Below the pieces are notes generated by a model. It worked only from the letters and a program-made list of their open reading frames with translations. It was not told where the DNA came from and did no database searches. From Octopus bimaculoides (taxonomy: Eukaryota), in assembly GCF_001194135.2 (NCBI RefSeq), contig NC_068992.1, positions 15,648,118-15,712,117 of the forward strand: 64,000 bases of DNA, read 5' to 3'. The translations under genes and the position numbers were made by a program. Position 1 is the first letter of the stretch. The number at the start of each line of letters is the position of its first letter. Of this stretch, positions 13,130 through 24,432 are shown in pieces.

Positions 13130-13800
13130 GTGGGTTAGGTTTAGATCTTTTAGTCATTCAGCCTTTATATTGTGCTCTTCTCTTCCTTTACTCCAAATGT
13201 TTCTCCAAAACATTTCACACTCCTGTTCATTCAGGACTAACACTACTCCCGCTAACCCTCCATTAATTTCCTGCCGGAGTTCCTTTTGGTCTATCTTGAA
13301 GAGATTCGTTTGCTGGAATTGTTTAATTTGCTACTCATACCTGGATACCTTTGCTTTCTTTGCAATCCTGTTGTTCCAGTTCTTCAAATACACTCAAAAG
13401 TCGCTTCCTTGATACAAGCAAGAGTCTCTCTTCAGTCTATCATACTTCTGCTCATTCCTAAGTTTGTCTTTGATGTTTTCTGTCTAGCACTGAAATGTCT
13501 TTCACAAGTGTTTCAACAGTTTGCAGCATTCATCTTTTCCACCACAGCTCAGTGTGTTTTTTCTTTGGTATTTGTGGTCAATTTCTTTGTGGTCATGTCC
13601 ACATTCTCTGCTACTAAGATACTTGCCATTCTGAGCAAATTATTGTTCTCAGTAATGTTGGTTGTATGGATGTACTTCAGGAAAACTTCATTTACTTTCA
13701 ATCCTTCTTGGTTTAGGTTCCACTTATCAAACTTCCTTAGATTACAGATGCAGTCATTGGCCTCTTCTCTAAGTTTTAGTATTATCTTGTTGCACAGTGT
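13130..13800 (-). mobile_element. R4/Dong-clade pre-RT region fragment
   Basis: It reads ...RIAKKAKVSRYE*QIKQFQQTNLFKIDQK...CEMFWRNIWSKGREEHNIKAE*L, matching the RY....QY.QN.LF..DQK...FW..IW....HN..AEWL pattern of R4-type ORFs. Confidence 0.7.
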
Positions 13801-13805
13801 TTCCT

Positions 13806-13863
<58 letters not shown>
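13806..13863. repeat. (TAC)n microsatellite
   Basis: Read directly; it is adjacent to an R4 fragment. Confidence 0.95.
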
Positions 13864-13868
<5 letters not shown>

Positions 13869-15619
13869 TTCGTTGGTTGATGGCCAAATGAAAAAGGGTA
13901 GTTTGCCAACAGTAGAGGGACTTTCAGAATGTCTGAAAGTGTCCCATTCATCTGAACATTGTTTTTAGCCATGTATATCTTTTCATAATGTGGTTATTTG
14001 AATTATTTATTCGTCTTTCACATTGATCACCTCCCTCTGGTAGCAGAAGATGTTAACCATAATGTTAGCAACAATCTCAATATTGAATATGTCCACTTAG
14101 TTTTGGCAAATACAGACTTTACAAAATAAAACATGACAATTGGACAGTTTTCAGACAGAACATTTAAAGTACAGGAAACAAAACAAAAAGGTAGCAAGGA
14201 CATCAACTAAAATGACAATAACAAGAGCATCAACAACAGCAGCAGCAGCAGCTCAACGTTTGCTAGTATTGGAGATCAAAAGGAATTGATGGACATGGCT
14301 GAATGTAGGAAAGATATATCAAGAAGTAAAGTGCATTATCCAAAGAAGAGCAAGGGGAAACAAATGACATAATTTTAATTTACAAGTAAAAAAAGGAGAG
14401 GATTTCTGTATGCTTTTAAAAGAGGACCGAAATAAATCTCTCACTAATGTGTGCTCCCTTGAGCAGAACAAGGCATATAGACATTTGTACTTGTTATTTA
14501 AAACTGAAAATGATGAGAGAAGGCAGGCAGAGGTTGTGTGATAATGGTGCCACAGTACGTAGGCAGGAGATAGACAAGGATCATAGCCAGAGATATTGGT
14601 GCAGACATGGAGCCTTGCTTTATTTTCGTGTGACAGTATAGGCAGGTGGTGAGCATCGACAGAATAACACAAGTGTGATTTGCATCAATACTTGTATACT
14701 GATGTCTACCTTCCCTTGCAAAGACTAAAAGACTATTCTGGAGATGTACCCTATTGTGGGAGTGGAGAGATGATCAGACTAGAGGTGCACGGAAGTAGGT
14801 AAGCTCAGATACAGTAAAGACCACTTGACAAGAAAGAATGAGAAGCAAAAAAGAGGTAACAAACAACAGGCAACAACAGATGCGCTGATGACAGATGCCT
14901 TTTAAATGCAAGGGAAAAGGAGACTATGACTGCTGCTACTACTGCTACTACTACTACTAATACTACTATTACTTCAACAGCACTGCTAAGCATAACTCTA
15001 AGAATGGTTAGATTGGAACAGAAATGCTTCAGCCTCATCAACATCAGAGACTAACAAAATAGAACAACAAGAAACACAACGGTCTCATCCCCTTGCAGCA
15101 CAGAGCCAACCAGAGGCCCCAAACAGCTGTTCCAACATGTCACCTTGCGGCAATGAGATAGATGCAGGAAAAACTGAGGAATCATTAAGGAGATTAAATA
15201 AAAGGAGGAATCCACCATCCACCAAAAACAGAACAATCAATGATCAATGACAAGTAAGAAACTGAAAGTCGTTCATTAGGAGACATCTTGTCCCCTGGAG
15301 AATCTTAAATTCATGATTTTTTTTCAAAAGAATACGAGGTGTATGGAAATGCTAAAAATATACACCTTCCACTATCACATCCATACATGGCTTTCTACTA
15401 TGGACTCATCCTTTCACCTGATGATACAATGCTGTAGAGACATGCAACTTCAATGGCCATGTTTTCAAGGGAGTGTTTCTCAAGGAGCTGCTTTTGAAGT
15501 CACATGCAGTAGCATGCCTCATGTAAGCAGACTGCACTTTGACACTTGGTAGTCAAAAGATATTGCTGAAAGGATCAATGTTTAGACTCCGCCCCATTGC
15601 TGGCCAATACCTTGTGGGT

Positions 15620-16250
15620 TTTCACATCAAAGGCTCAGTTCTCGTCAAGCATCCAATCAAGTATCCCAAATATCCATCAACAATATATTCTGTGTAGTGT
15701 TCCGAGGTTCATATTCTTTAGTGACATGTTCCTTATTACAGGTGCCATTGTAAAATATCTTTCTGTCCATCCTTAAGTATCTGTAACATACCTCATCAGA
15801 TACAGAGAAAATAGTTCATTCATTGATGAAGATGCTACTAGTCTGGTTTACAGTTTTCCCTTCTTTCACAACCATATGAGAACATTTATCTGGACCAAAC
15901 TCCAGCTCTTTGAGAATGTTGTAACCAGGTCAAGGCTCTTTTTCACTTCATGCATATGAGGTGAAGCTTACAGCTTCAAGTCACCCACAAAAAGACAGTG
16001 AATAATTTTGGTATCCCCACCCCACATCACTCTTGCAAACCAATGAAATACCCTTCAGAGGTCCTCAAAATAAATGACAAGGAAACTATGAACAGCATCA
16101 CAGAAACTTCCTGGAATGTGAGAAATGTTCTTCGAAAGAAAATTGAGTTTTGAAAGTATAGTAGGATGAGAAGGAATCGAAGAGAATTCTAGATGAGTTT
16201 TGCAAAATATTTCATGGTATGAATTCTTTCAGCATCAGTAATCAAACCAC
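15620..16250 (-). mobile_element. R4/Dong-clade RT core fragment, degenerate
   Basis: It reads MLFIVSLSFILRTSEGYFIG..KIIHCLFVGDLKL*A, where the FxDD motif has decayed to FVGD, then LEFGPDKCSHMVVKEGK...YRYLRM. Confidence 0.75.
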
Positions 16251-18136
16251 TTTTATTTCTAAATTAAAGAAGTGTGTTCTTATATACATATATCAAGCAA
16301 ACTTACATTTAGATGCATTTTATATGCAAAAAAACTGATTGGTTTTATAAGGAACAAATGGTGTGTGTTTGTGTGTGAATGCATAAATATGATAGAATAT
16401 ATACTTTGTAAGATTGTACAATATATTTCCTTTTTTATATATATAAAATGGTAAAAAGGAATCAGGAAAGGAAGAATGTACCCAAAGAAACAGATAATTA
16501 CATGGAAAACTTGATAATTTAAAAACATTTCCATTGTTGAATACTTCCAGAGAAAAGCAATCCTTTATAAATAATTGATGCTAGAAACTTAATATTAAAA
16601 GAATCTTCATTAAAAAAAAGAACACCAGACAGTTCTTTTGTAACTGGAGCCATGCAAGATCCTTGGTGGCTTGACTTGCCAAAATTATGCAGAATCTTCA
16701 ACATTCTATAGAAAATGAGAGTAAAGTATCAAAAGGAATTGTGGATGTTCCCATGAGGATGATTGAAGTTCAAGAGAGAATAGTGTCTCAGTTTTCATGT
16801 AAGGAACTAAGTTCCAAATATGATTCTTTAGTCTCTACAAAGTTCACTGATACGTGAAAATGATACAGCTAGCTGTCACTTGCAAGCAAATATGGCTTGG
16901 AAACATGTACCATGACTTCACTTACTGTTTTATGTAGCCATGAACAAACCTAGTTACCTTTTTAGCTCACTCACCCTTGACCCAGCAAAACATCCAGAAT
17001 GTGACAACTGGAGGGAAAGAGGGTTTCCCCAGCATGCAGCTGGTACACATTACAACTGAGTAGATAGGGGCAATGTGAAATGAAATGAAACGCCTAACTC
17101 AAGGATATAGTACGCTGTCCAAGTCAGGAATTGAACTTGTGACATTATGATCATGAGCAGAACATTCTAATTACTGGTGAAGGCAAATAGAGTGGTTGCC
17201 AAAAACCAGACTGTCTTGATATAAAACAAAGCATCTCTGAAGGGTGGAGGTGAATTAGCCACATGCAGAAACATTGATCAGTGATTGCAGTCCTGCAACT
17301 AATCTTTTAAAAGCATTTTAAAAGTCAATAAAGAAGTTTCAGTTAATACTTTCTAAGAGGATGCATGGAAGCATAAACTGAAATGAAATGCTGTTCAAAA
17401 GTAGAGAGTGAGATGGACTTGTGAAGCATCCTATAAGGATAAACAGCAATCATATCAAGACTACTTTTCTAGATTTTGCCATCAAGCATGAAGATTATTT
17501 GTCTTAATCTCTGCTATTGTTAATGATAGTTGTTTCTAACTTAAGCTCAAGACCAGTGCTTTTGATGGGAGAGGGTTAGCTAATATCCTCATCTCAGTAG
17601 TTGATGGGTACTTTGCTTTATCAGCCCCCTGAGGAATGAAAGACAGATTTGAACTTGGTGGAATTTGAACTCAGAAAAGAAAACAAACAGAACAAACACT
17701 GCAAGGCATTTTTCCCAACAATTAATGGTCTCACCAATTTATTGCTTTAATTTAATAACCCTTTCTACAGAAGGCACAAGGCCTGAAATTTGTGGGGAAG
17801 GGACTAGTCAATTACATTGACCCCAGTGTTTCACTGGTGCTTAATTTATTGACCCCAATGTTTCACTGGCATTTAATTTTTCGACCCTGAAAGGCAAAGT
17901 CAACGATGGTGCAATTTGAACTCAGAACGTGAAGATGGACAAAATGCTGCCAAGCATTCTGCCTGCTGTGCTAACAATTCTGCCAGCTCACTACTTCATT
18001 GTTTTAACTCAATAATAATTATTATTAGCAACAGAAGCAGTATTACTACCAAAATCTTTATATCCAACTTGACATAGATGCCTTACTAGAACACTGAAGA
18101 GTGCACTGTTAACCTTGAGAGATTCTCTCATAATGT

Positions 18137-18832
18137 TTATAGTAAAAAAAGCTCACATTTTTGCCATAATGGATCGGGTCTTCCACGGATAGAAATTATC
18201 AGTTGAGCATATTCATTTGTTTCCTCTGCAACAGTTTCAAAAGAACTTTTCGGTAAAAATAAAAATAAATAGTCCAATGGTTGACCATCGGGAGGTAGAC
18301 TGTGTTGTGGACTAGTCTTTTCTGTGAAATTAGGAATTCTGGTTGATGTAGTAATCTTCATTTATGTTGCCGTAATGTTTTCAATATCATTTTCATCACT
18401 TTCATTTCTATCACTTTCATTATCAAAATCTTCCTCATCTGACGAAGATTCATAAATATCAATATCAGATTCATCCAAAGACGAATCATTGCTGTTTCCA
18501 TTTATATTTTGTACAGCATCAAGAGTAAAACCTTCAAAGTCAGAATTGCTACTTGTTGATGCCATATCGTTAAAAACTAAGATATACATCTCTTTTCAAA
18601 AGTTGAAAAATATCAAGAAGTCTCAAAAATTTCATAATATTTTTACTTGATTAAAGGCAGGGAATGCTTTAAACCGCATTATCTCAAAGCTACAAGAATT
18701 CAATAATGTGATTTGTTTATTTTTTTAGCAATTTTGTTGGGGAATCAGATAGGGCTAGATTTGGCCGGTTCAAAGAAACAAAGGGAAATTATTCTTGGCT
18801 GGTTTTGACCAGTTTGAGCACTAAAAGATTAA
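18137..18832 (-). mobile_element. piggyBac relic: 5' terminus plus N-terminal PGBD4-like transposase with an in-frame stop
   Basis: The TTAA at 18829-18832 starts the element on the minus strand. An acidic N-terminus (DESDIDIYESSSDEEDF) continues through one in-frame TAA (18362-18364) into IPNFTEKTSPQHSLPPDGQPLDYLFLFLPKSSFETVAEETNEYAQ, typical of PGBD4-family N-termini. Confidence 0.8.
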
Positions 18833-18938
18833 AGAAGAATGAACAGCTTCAGAAATCAAAGAAGAATAAAATGAAACTCAGACCAACATGTATCGGAATA
18901 TCAATGTCTAATAAAAATAATGAAAATTAAATACTAAC

Positions 18939-19028
18939 ATCTCATCACTGTATTTGTCTTCATTGACTTCAAGTTTTTTATGAAGTGAATCTTCGTGATC
19001 AGCAAGAAGTTTGGATGTTTTCTTCAGG
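18939..19028 (-). CDS. SIX6OS1: Internal coding exon (90 nt, phase 2 to 2): (S)LKKTSKLLADHEDSLHKKLEVNEDKYSDE(M)
   Basis: Acceptor gttttctctaattttatttcag, donor AT|gttagt. The frame is open and in phase with both flanking exons. K.T......HED.......V matches human WKPTCDVFRKHEDYMQDQFTV (recalled). Confidence 0.85.
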
Positions 19029-19350
19029 CTGAAATAAAATTAGAGAAAACCTGAAAGTTTCATAAAATAAAACTTGTATGAGCAGACCCATTCATTTGTT
19101 TTATGCCCATTTTTTTTAATGCTAGCATAGGTTGAATGTAAACTTATTTGAGGCAAATATTTTCATTACTGGATGTTCTTTCTGTCATCAGCTCTTTGCT
19201 GTTTTACAAGTAAAGAATTATTCATTTCACTACTTCAAGAGCACAGAGCTAAAGATCATACTGTTCAAGTGGAAAATAAATACAACACAATTTGGTGCTC
19301 AGATGAGCACAGGCAAGAAACAGAAATGACAACTTTCATGAATACACATA

Positions 19351-19850
19351 TACACGGGTTGAACAAAATAATGGAAACGCCTAGCATCATGGCATCATAA
19401 TTTTGAAATATCTATAAAACTGTCAAAAGTTTGTTTATCTTTATGCTTTTTGATTTATTATTAGTGTTGCTTAATATGTTTTGCTAAAATTGCTGTTTCT
19501 TTTCAGGTATCATCAGAAAAAGGTCATTAAAATGACAGATCTATTGGACTTTCAAAGAAGTCAAATTGTTGGTGCTCATATGGCAGGTAATGAAAACAGC
19601 CGAAATGTTTGGTGTATCAAGAAGCACTGTCTCGAAAGTAATGACAGCCTTTGAGAAAGAAGGAAAAACCTTCTCGTCAAAACAAAACTCCGGACGAAAA
19701 CCAAAACTTTCAGATAGGGACCGTCGGACTCTTATGCAAATTGTTAGAAAGGATCACAAAAGTACAGCTCCCAAAATAACTGCAGAACTTAATGACCTCA
19801 AACACCCAGTTTCCACAAAAACTGTTTTGCCAGGAGGTGCACAAAGCCGG
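19351..19850 (+). mobile_element. Tc1-like DNA transposon, 5' end with truncated, frameshifted transposase
   Basis: It starts TA-CACGGGTTGAACAAAATAATGGAAAC (Tc1-type TIR). From the ATG at 19532 it reads MTDLLDFQRSQIVGAHMAG / KTAEMFGVSRSTVSKVMTAFEKEGKTFSSKQNSGRKPKLSDRDRRTL...ITAEL, a paired-like HTH plus the GRKPK linker. No DDE domain is present. Confidence 0.9.
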
Positions 19851-20029
19851 GAGTTCCAATAGTATTTAAAATTGGTCATTCACACAAGGTACAGGAAACT
19901 TATATGTATACCATTCTGCTTAAATAATGGAACTGCAGATACAATATCACGTCTGTTTTCATTCCTCCACTTCACTCTCTATTTCATATCCTCTCTAGAA
20001 TAACTATTGCTTAATCATTTCCTCACAAC

Positions 20030-20077
20030 GTCTCCGATGAAGGGATATATAAAATATCCTGGAAACAGCTGCAAGAC
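20030..20077 (+). ncRNA. Minimal type I hammerhead-ribozyme motif, Penelope-like-element type, probably inactivated
   Basis: Layout: GTCT (stem I), CCGATGA, A, GGGATAT/ataaa/ATATCCT (stem II), G, GAAA, C-AGCT-G (palindromic stem III), CA, AGAC (stem I'). The core deviates at U4>C and U16.1>C. Confidence 0.6.
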
Positions 20078-21474
20078 CTTCTCATTATAAATGTTCTGAA
20101 ATCTTTCACAGCCTTGGATTTTTATCTCATTCTGTTAATTTCTTATATATATGCGTGCTAATATATGACCTACATTGGACTCCTCATTCGCATAATCACC
20201 AAACCTGGAGCTTAACTATAGTCTGTCCATAGCACTAGCTCAGCATTACCTCTCATAACCTCAATATATATATATATATGAATATATATAATACATAAAT
20301 ATACAATAGGTCTCCATGCAGTTTGCATCTAATAATTCTGCTCCCAAGGGTTTGGTCAGCTCAAAGCTATAATACAAAATATTTGTTCCAAGTTCCAGAG
20401 AGCAAGACTGAAATTAAGACCACGTAATTGCAAAGCTTATTTTTGTTAACTACACAGCCATGCAAATTTAATTCCCCTAACAAATTATTCAAATGAATCA
20501 TATCAAAAATAAAAGAGCAATAAGTTACCTCTTTTTACCAAATCAATATTGTTTCCATAAATCTTTTAAAGTATTCACTTTAGAACAATTTGTAATCCTT
20601 TTAACTTTGTTCTTTATGCAAACTTGATGTGAAAATCAGTGTTATTATAAGCAATAAAAAAGGAAAGTAATTTTATGTGCTGATAAATGTCTTATTCTAA
20701 TCAAATGTACAGACTTTTATTGGCTTATATTGTTTTGTTGGCCATTATGATATTGGCTTCAAAATTTGGCTCAAGGCCAGCAAGTTCAGAGGAGAAAGTA
20801 AGTCAATTATATCAACCCCAGTGCTTAACTGGTATTTATTTTAGTGACCTCAAAAGGATCAAAGACAAAGTCAACCTTGGTGGAATTTGAACTCAGAATG
20901 TAAAGACAGACAAAACGCAGCTAAGCATTTTTCCTGGTGTACTAACAATTCTGCCAGCTCACCATGTTAATATTGGTTTCAAATTTGGCACAAAGCTAGC
21001 AATTTTTAAGAAGTGGGGTTAAGTTGATTACATCGACCCCTCTGTTAAACTAGTACTTATTTTATTGATTCTGAAAGGATGAAAGACAAAGTCGACATCA
21101 GAGGAAATTTGATTCAGAATGTAAAGATGGACAAATGGCTGCCAAGCATTTTTTTTTTGGCATGCTAACAATTCTGCCAGTTTTCCATTATAATATTAAC
21201 TGTTAAAAAGAAGGTCTTTTAAGTTATTCCTGGAATAAATCATTCTTGAACAAATGTCTTTTACAATGAGCCTTGGGCTCATAAAGACCCCTACACTTAT
21301 TTCCAACCCCAACCCCACCACCAATGTTCCTTGAGAGCATGTCCTGATGATGCTTCACTACCATCTTCCTCATTATCATTCTCTGTTTTACTCTGACTCA
21401 TCTGCTCTCTTTATCCCAGTCTCTACCTTACTCTCCTTTCCTTTCCAACTGGGGTATCCATGTATCTGGAGCAC

Positions 21475-21793
21475 TCTGTCGGTTACGACAACAAGGGTCC
21501 CAGCTGATACAGTCAACCAGAACAGCTTGCTCATGAGATTAACGTGCAAGTGGCCGAGCACTCCACAGACACGCGTACCTCTTTACATATTTCTCAGGGA
21601 GATTCAGCATGACACAAAGTGTGACAAGGCTGGCCCCTTGAAATACAAGTGCTACTCATTTTTCCCCGCTGAGCGGACTGGAGCACCATGAAATAAAGTG
21701 TCTTGCTCAAGGACACAACGCACTGCCAGGAATCGAACTCGCAACCCAGCGAGCACGTGTCGAATACCCTAACCACTAAGCCACGCGCCTTCA
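21475..21793 (-). mobile_element. tRNA-derived SINE family B, sharing its 3' half with family A. Related copies lie at ~1437-1920(-), 28848-29080(+), 44050-44340(+) and 54037-54345(+).
   Basis: A tRNA-like head (ggcgcgtggcttagtggttagggt...gagttcgattcc), a central gtgtccttgagcaagacactt block and a shared ggagtgctcggccacttgcacgttaat block. Confidence 0.75.
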
Positions 21794-23542
21794 CTGTAGC
21801 TACTCTACAGCAAAACACCCATCTCTCTCACTCTATATCGTTAATCTCTCAACTGGCACAAAGTCACCCCAGCCTCCCTACTACTCCCCACTTCCAGTTA
21901 AGGGGGGTTTTTCTTGCAAGGTACTTGGTGACCCTATCAGTAATAGTGCAACATAAAAAAAAACACCCTGTACACTCCGTGAACTGGTGGCATTAGAAAG
22001 GTGTCCAGCCATAGAAACCCTGCCAAAACAGACTCTTTACTCTTTTACTCTTTTACTTGTTTCAGTCATTTGACTGCGGCCATGCTGGAGCACCGCCTTT
22101 AGTCGAGCAAATCGACCCCAGGACTTATTCTTTGTAAGCCTAGTACTTATTCTATCGGTCTCTTTTTGCCGAACCGCTAAGTTACGGGGATGTAAACACA
22201 CCAGCATCGGTTGTCAAGCGATGTGGGTGGGGGACAAACACAGTCACACAAACACACATACATATACATATATACGACAGGCTTCTTTCAGTTTCCGTCT
22301 ACCAAATCCACTCACAAGGCATTGGTCGGCCCGAGGCTATAGTAGAAGACACCTGCCCAAGGTGCCATGCAGTGGGACTGAACCCGGAACCATGTGGCTG
22401 GTAAGCTAGCTACTTACCACACAGCTACTCCTGCGCCTACAATGGGGCTTGGTGTGACTCTCAGCCTTGCTATTCTTTGTCAAACTGTCCAACCCATGGC
22501 AGCATGGCAAATAGACATAAAAACCAACAATGACAACAGCTGCCGCCGCCTCTTGGTGCTGTTACATGCTGCAAATCAGTTCTCCCAACCTCTTTTTATT
22601 GGCCAGTGAAGATAAAATGTGCCTACTGCTGTATATGAAATGTAGAGAATTCCCAAAAATATCCCACTATATAAAAAAGGGTTAACATGGTTCCCCTGTC
22701 CCAAGTGCACATGCAAGGAACTGAATATACTCAGTTCTTACACAGCATGGATGAATATAAAACATGTCGTTTGATGCCACTGAGACAATTAGACCTTCTA
22801 CTGATACTAAATTTTATTGCTCACCAACTAAACATTTATATGGAACACAAAAAATTCTGTATGCAACATCACAAGCTCAATGAAGCCCACAGACTATAGT
22901 TTGCTAATCCTGAATATTAGCTGAACATTCTTTGCATCATGTCTGTGATAAAAAAAGAAAAATCAAATCATCTTTCATTGGCTCAGTGCATAAAGCTGTG
23001 AAATACCTTACTATCACCATGGGTGATAGCAAGGTTTTCAACTGTAAACAGCAAGAACCAAAAGAAATTTAATGTTTTATTATCTCACAGTGCTGATTGC
23101 GAACCTTCAAGCATGGCTCTGATTCAACCAGTTCTATCAGCATTAAGTCAAATCAAAGAAAGAAGATAGTGAAGATACTCATTATTAATTGATTACTCTG
23201 GAGAAGGAATATAATTTATTAAGCCATTGAAAAGGAACTGAAGCAATGGATTAGATTCTATTAAGTTACCAATGCAATACAGTTATTTGCACGGCACTGG
23301 ATTGGACAAAGCGCATTAACTGTCAAATAGATATGGACATCACTGTATTCTATTGAAGTTGCTAATAATAAACGCATTCAACTGATAAATACTAGTTCCA
23401 ACAAGAAGATATCAGGATTTGTAATGGGAAAAGAAGAATCGATTCAAAATTTGCATAAGGTACATCATATTCCTCGTATGAGAGACTACAACAGATATGA
23501 AAGAAGCATGATATATATCACAAATAGATAGAGGAGAGAGAT

Positions 23543-23583
<41 letters not shown>

Positions 23584-23613
23584 NNNNNNNNNNAGAGATA
23601 GAGAGAGAGAGAT

Positions 23614-23646
<33 letters not shown>

Positions 23647-24305
23647 TAGAGAGAGAGAGATAGAGAGAGAGAATATGATGGAGATAGGACTTGAGACAGG
23701 AATAGATATTCATGGACCTGAGAGAGAAAATGTATAATACTGAAACAAGAAATTTACAATACATGCCATAATTTCCATGAAATATCAATATATGTATAGG
23801 TGCATGTTTTCACTGAAAGATAAACAAATGAAAATGCTGAATATGCAAATAAGTCAAGTCTCTTTCCCCTAACTGCAAGCAATCCAAACAGCAAGTACTT
23901 TAGCATAGAATACATTAAATTAGCATTATATAATGCTAATTATAAACTCTTGATTAGGTCAGTTTTAATCAAATTTATCTTAAAACCAACTTGATTGATA
24001 CTCTCATTCATCTTCTTTCCCATTCACTTCCATCTAATTATTTTAAAAGGTTATAATATATCAATTGAATGTCTAACTGGCATTTTAAACCGCTAATGAG
24101 ATTTTGAATTAAACAAATCAATAAACAGAATTATTTTTATTCCCAGTTAATTAACTGACCATTTAAAAGCAATTCATAAAGGTCAGTTTCATTACCTTTA
24201 ATTGTTTAGCTCCAGAAAGTTTTCGCGGACTGAACAGAGCAGTTCTAATATAATACGGAGAATGCTAAGGAGGGGAAAGTGCCAAAGTTGTGTTTCAGAC
24301 ATTAC

Positions 24306-24432
24306 CTGGCACAGTTGTCTCTGTTCAGTGTGTACTGTTTGTGAACTCGCTTCGTATCTTCATCAATTTGGGAAACTGACTCTTGTAATCTTTTCACAGA
24401 CAAATTAGTCAACTCTATATCTCTTGTGAAAT
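24306..24432 (-). CDS. SIX6OS1: Internal coding exon (127 nt, phase 1 to 2) of a SIX6OS1/C14orf39-like coiled-coil protein: xFTRDIELTNLSVKRLQESVSQIDEDTKRVHKQYTLNRDNCA(S)
   Basis: On the minus strand the acceptor is ctgtctttatttcag and the donor is AG|gtaat. The frame is open and joins in phase to 18939-19028. The D-I..R..E..DE..K..DNC pattern matches human EDIKENKVTICRIHETINATDEEIDHYCKHSEEIKDNCR without gaps (human sequence recalled, not searched). Confidence 0.85.

Noticed and set aside
13286-13891. 201-aa plus-strand ORF
   Set aside because: It is the antisense shadow of the R4 fragment plus (TAC)n.
18560-18938. In-frame SIX6OS1-piggyBac fusion, by analogy with CSB-PGBD3
   Set aside because: The exon ends in phase 2. 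Splicing to either AG just upstream of the transposase ATG gives a stop within a few codons, and the transposase itself is interrupted.
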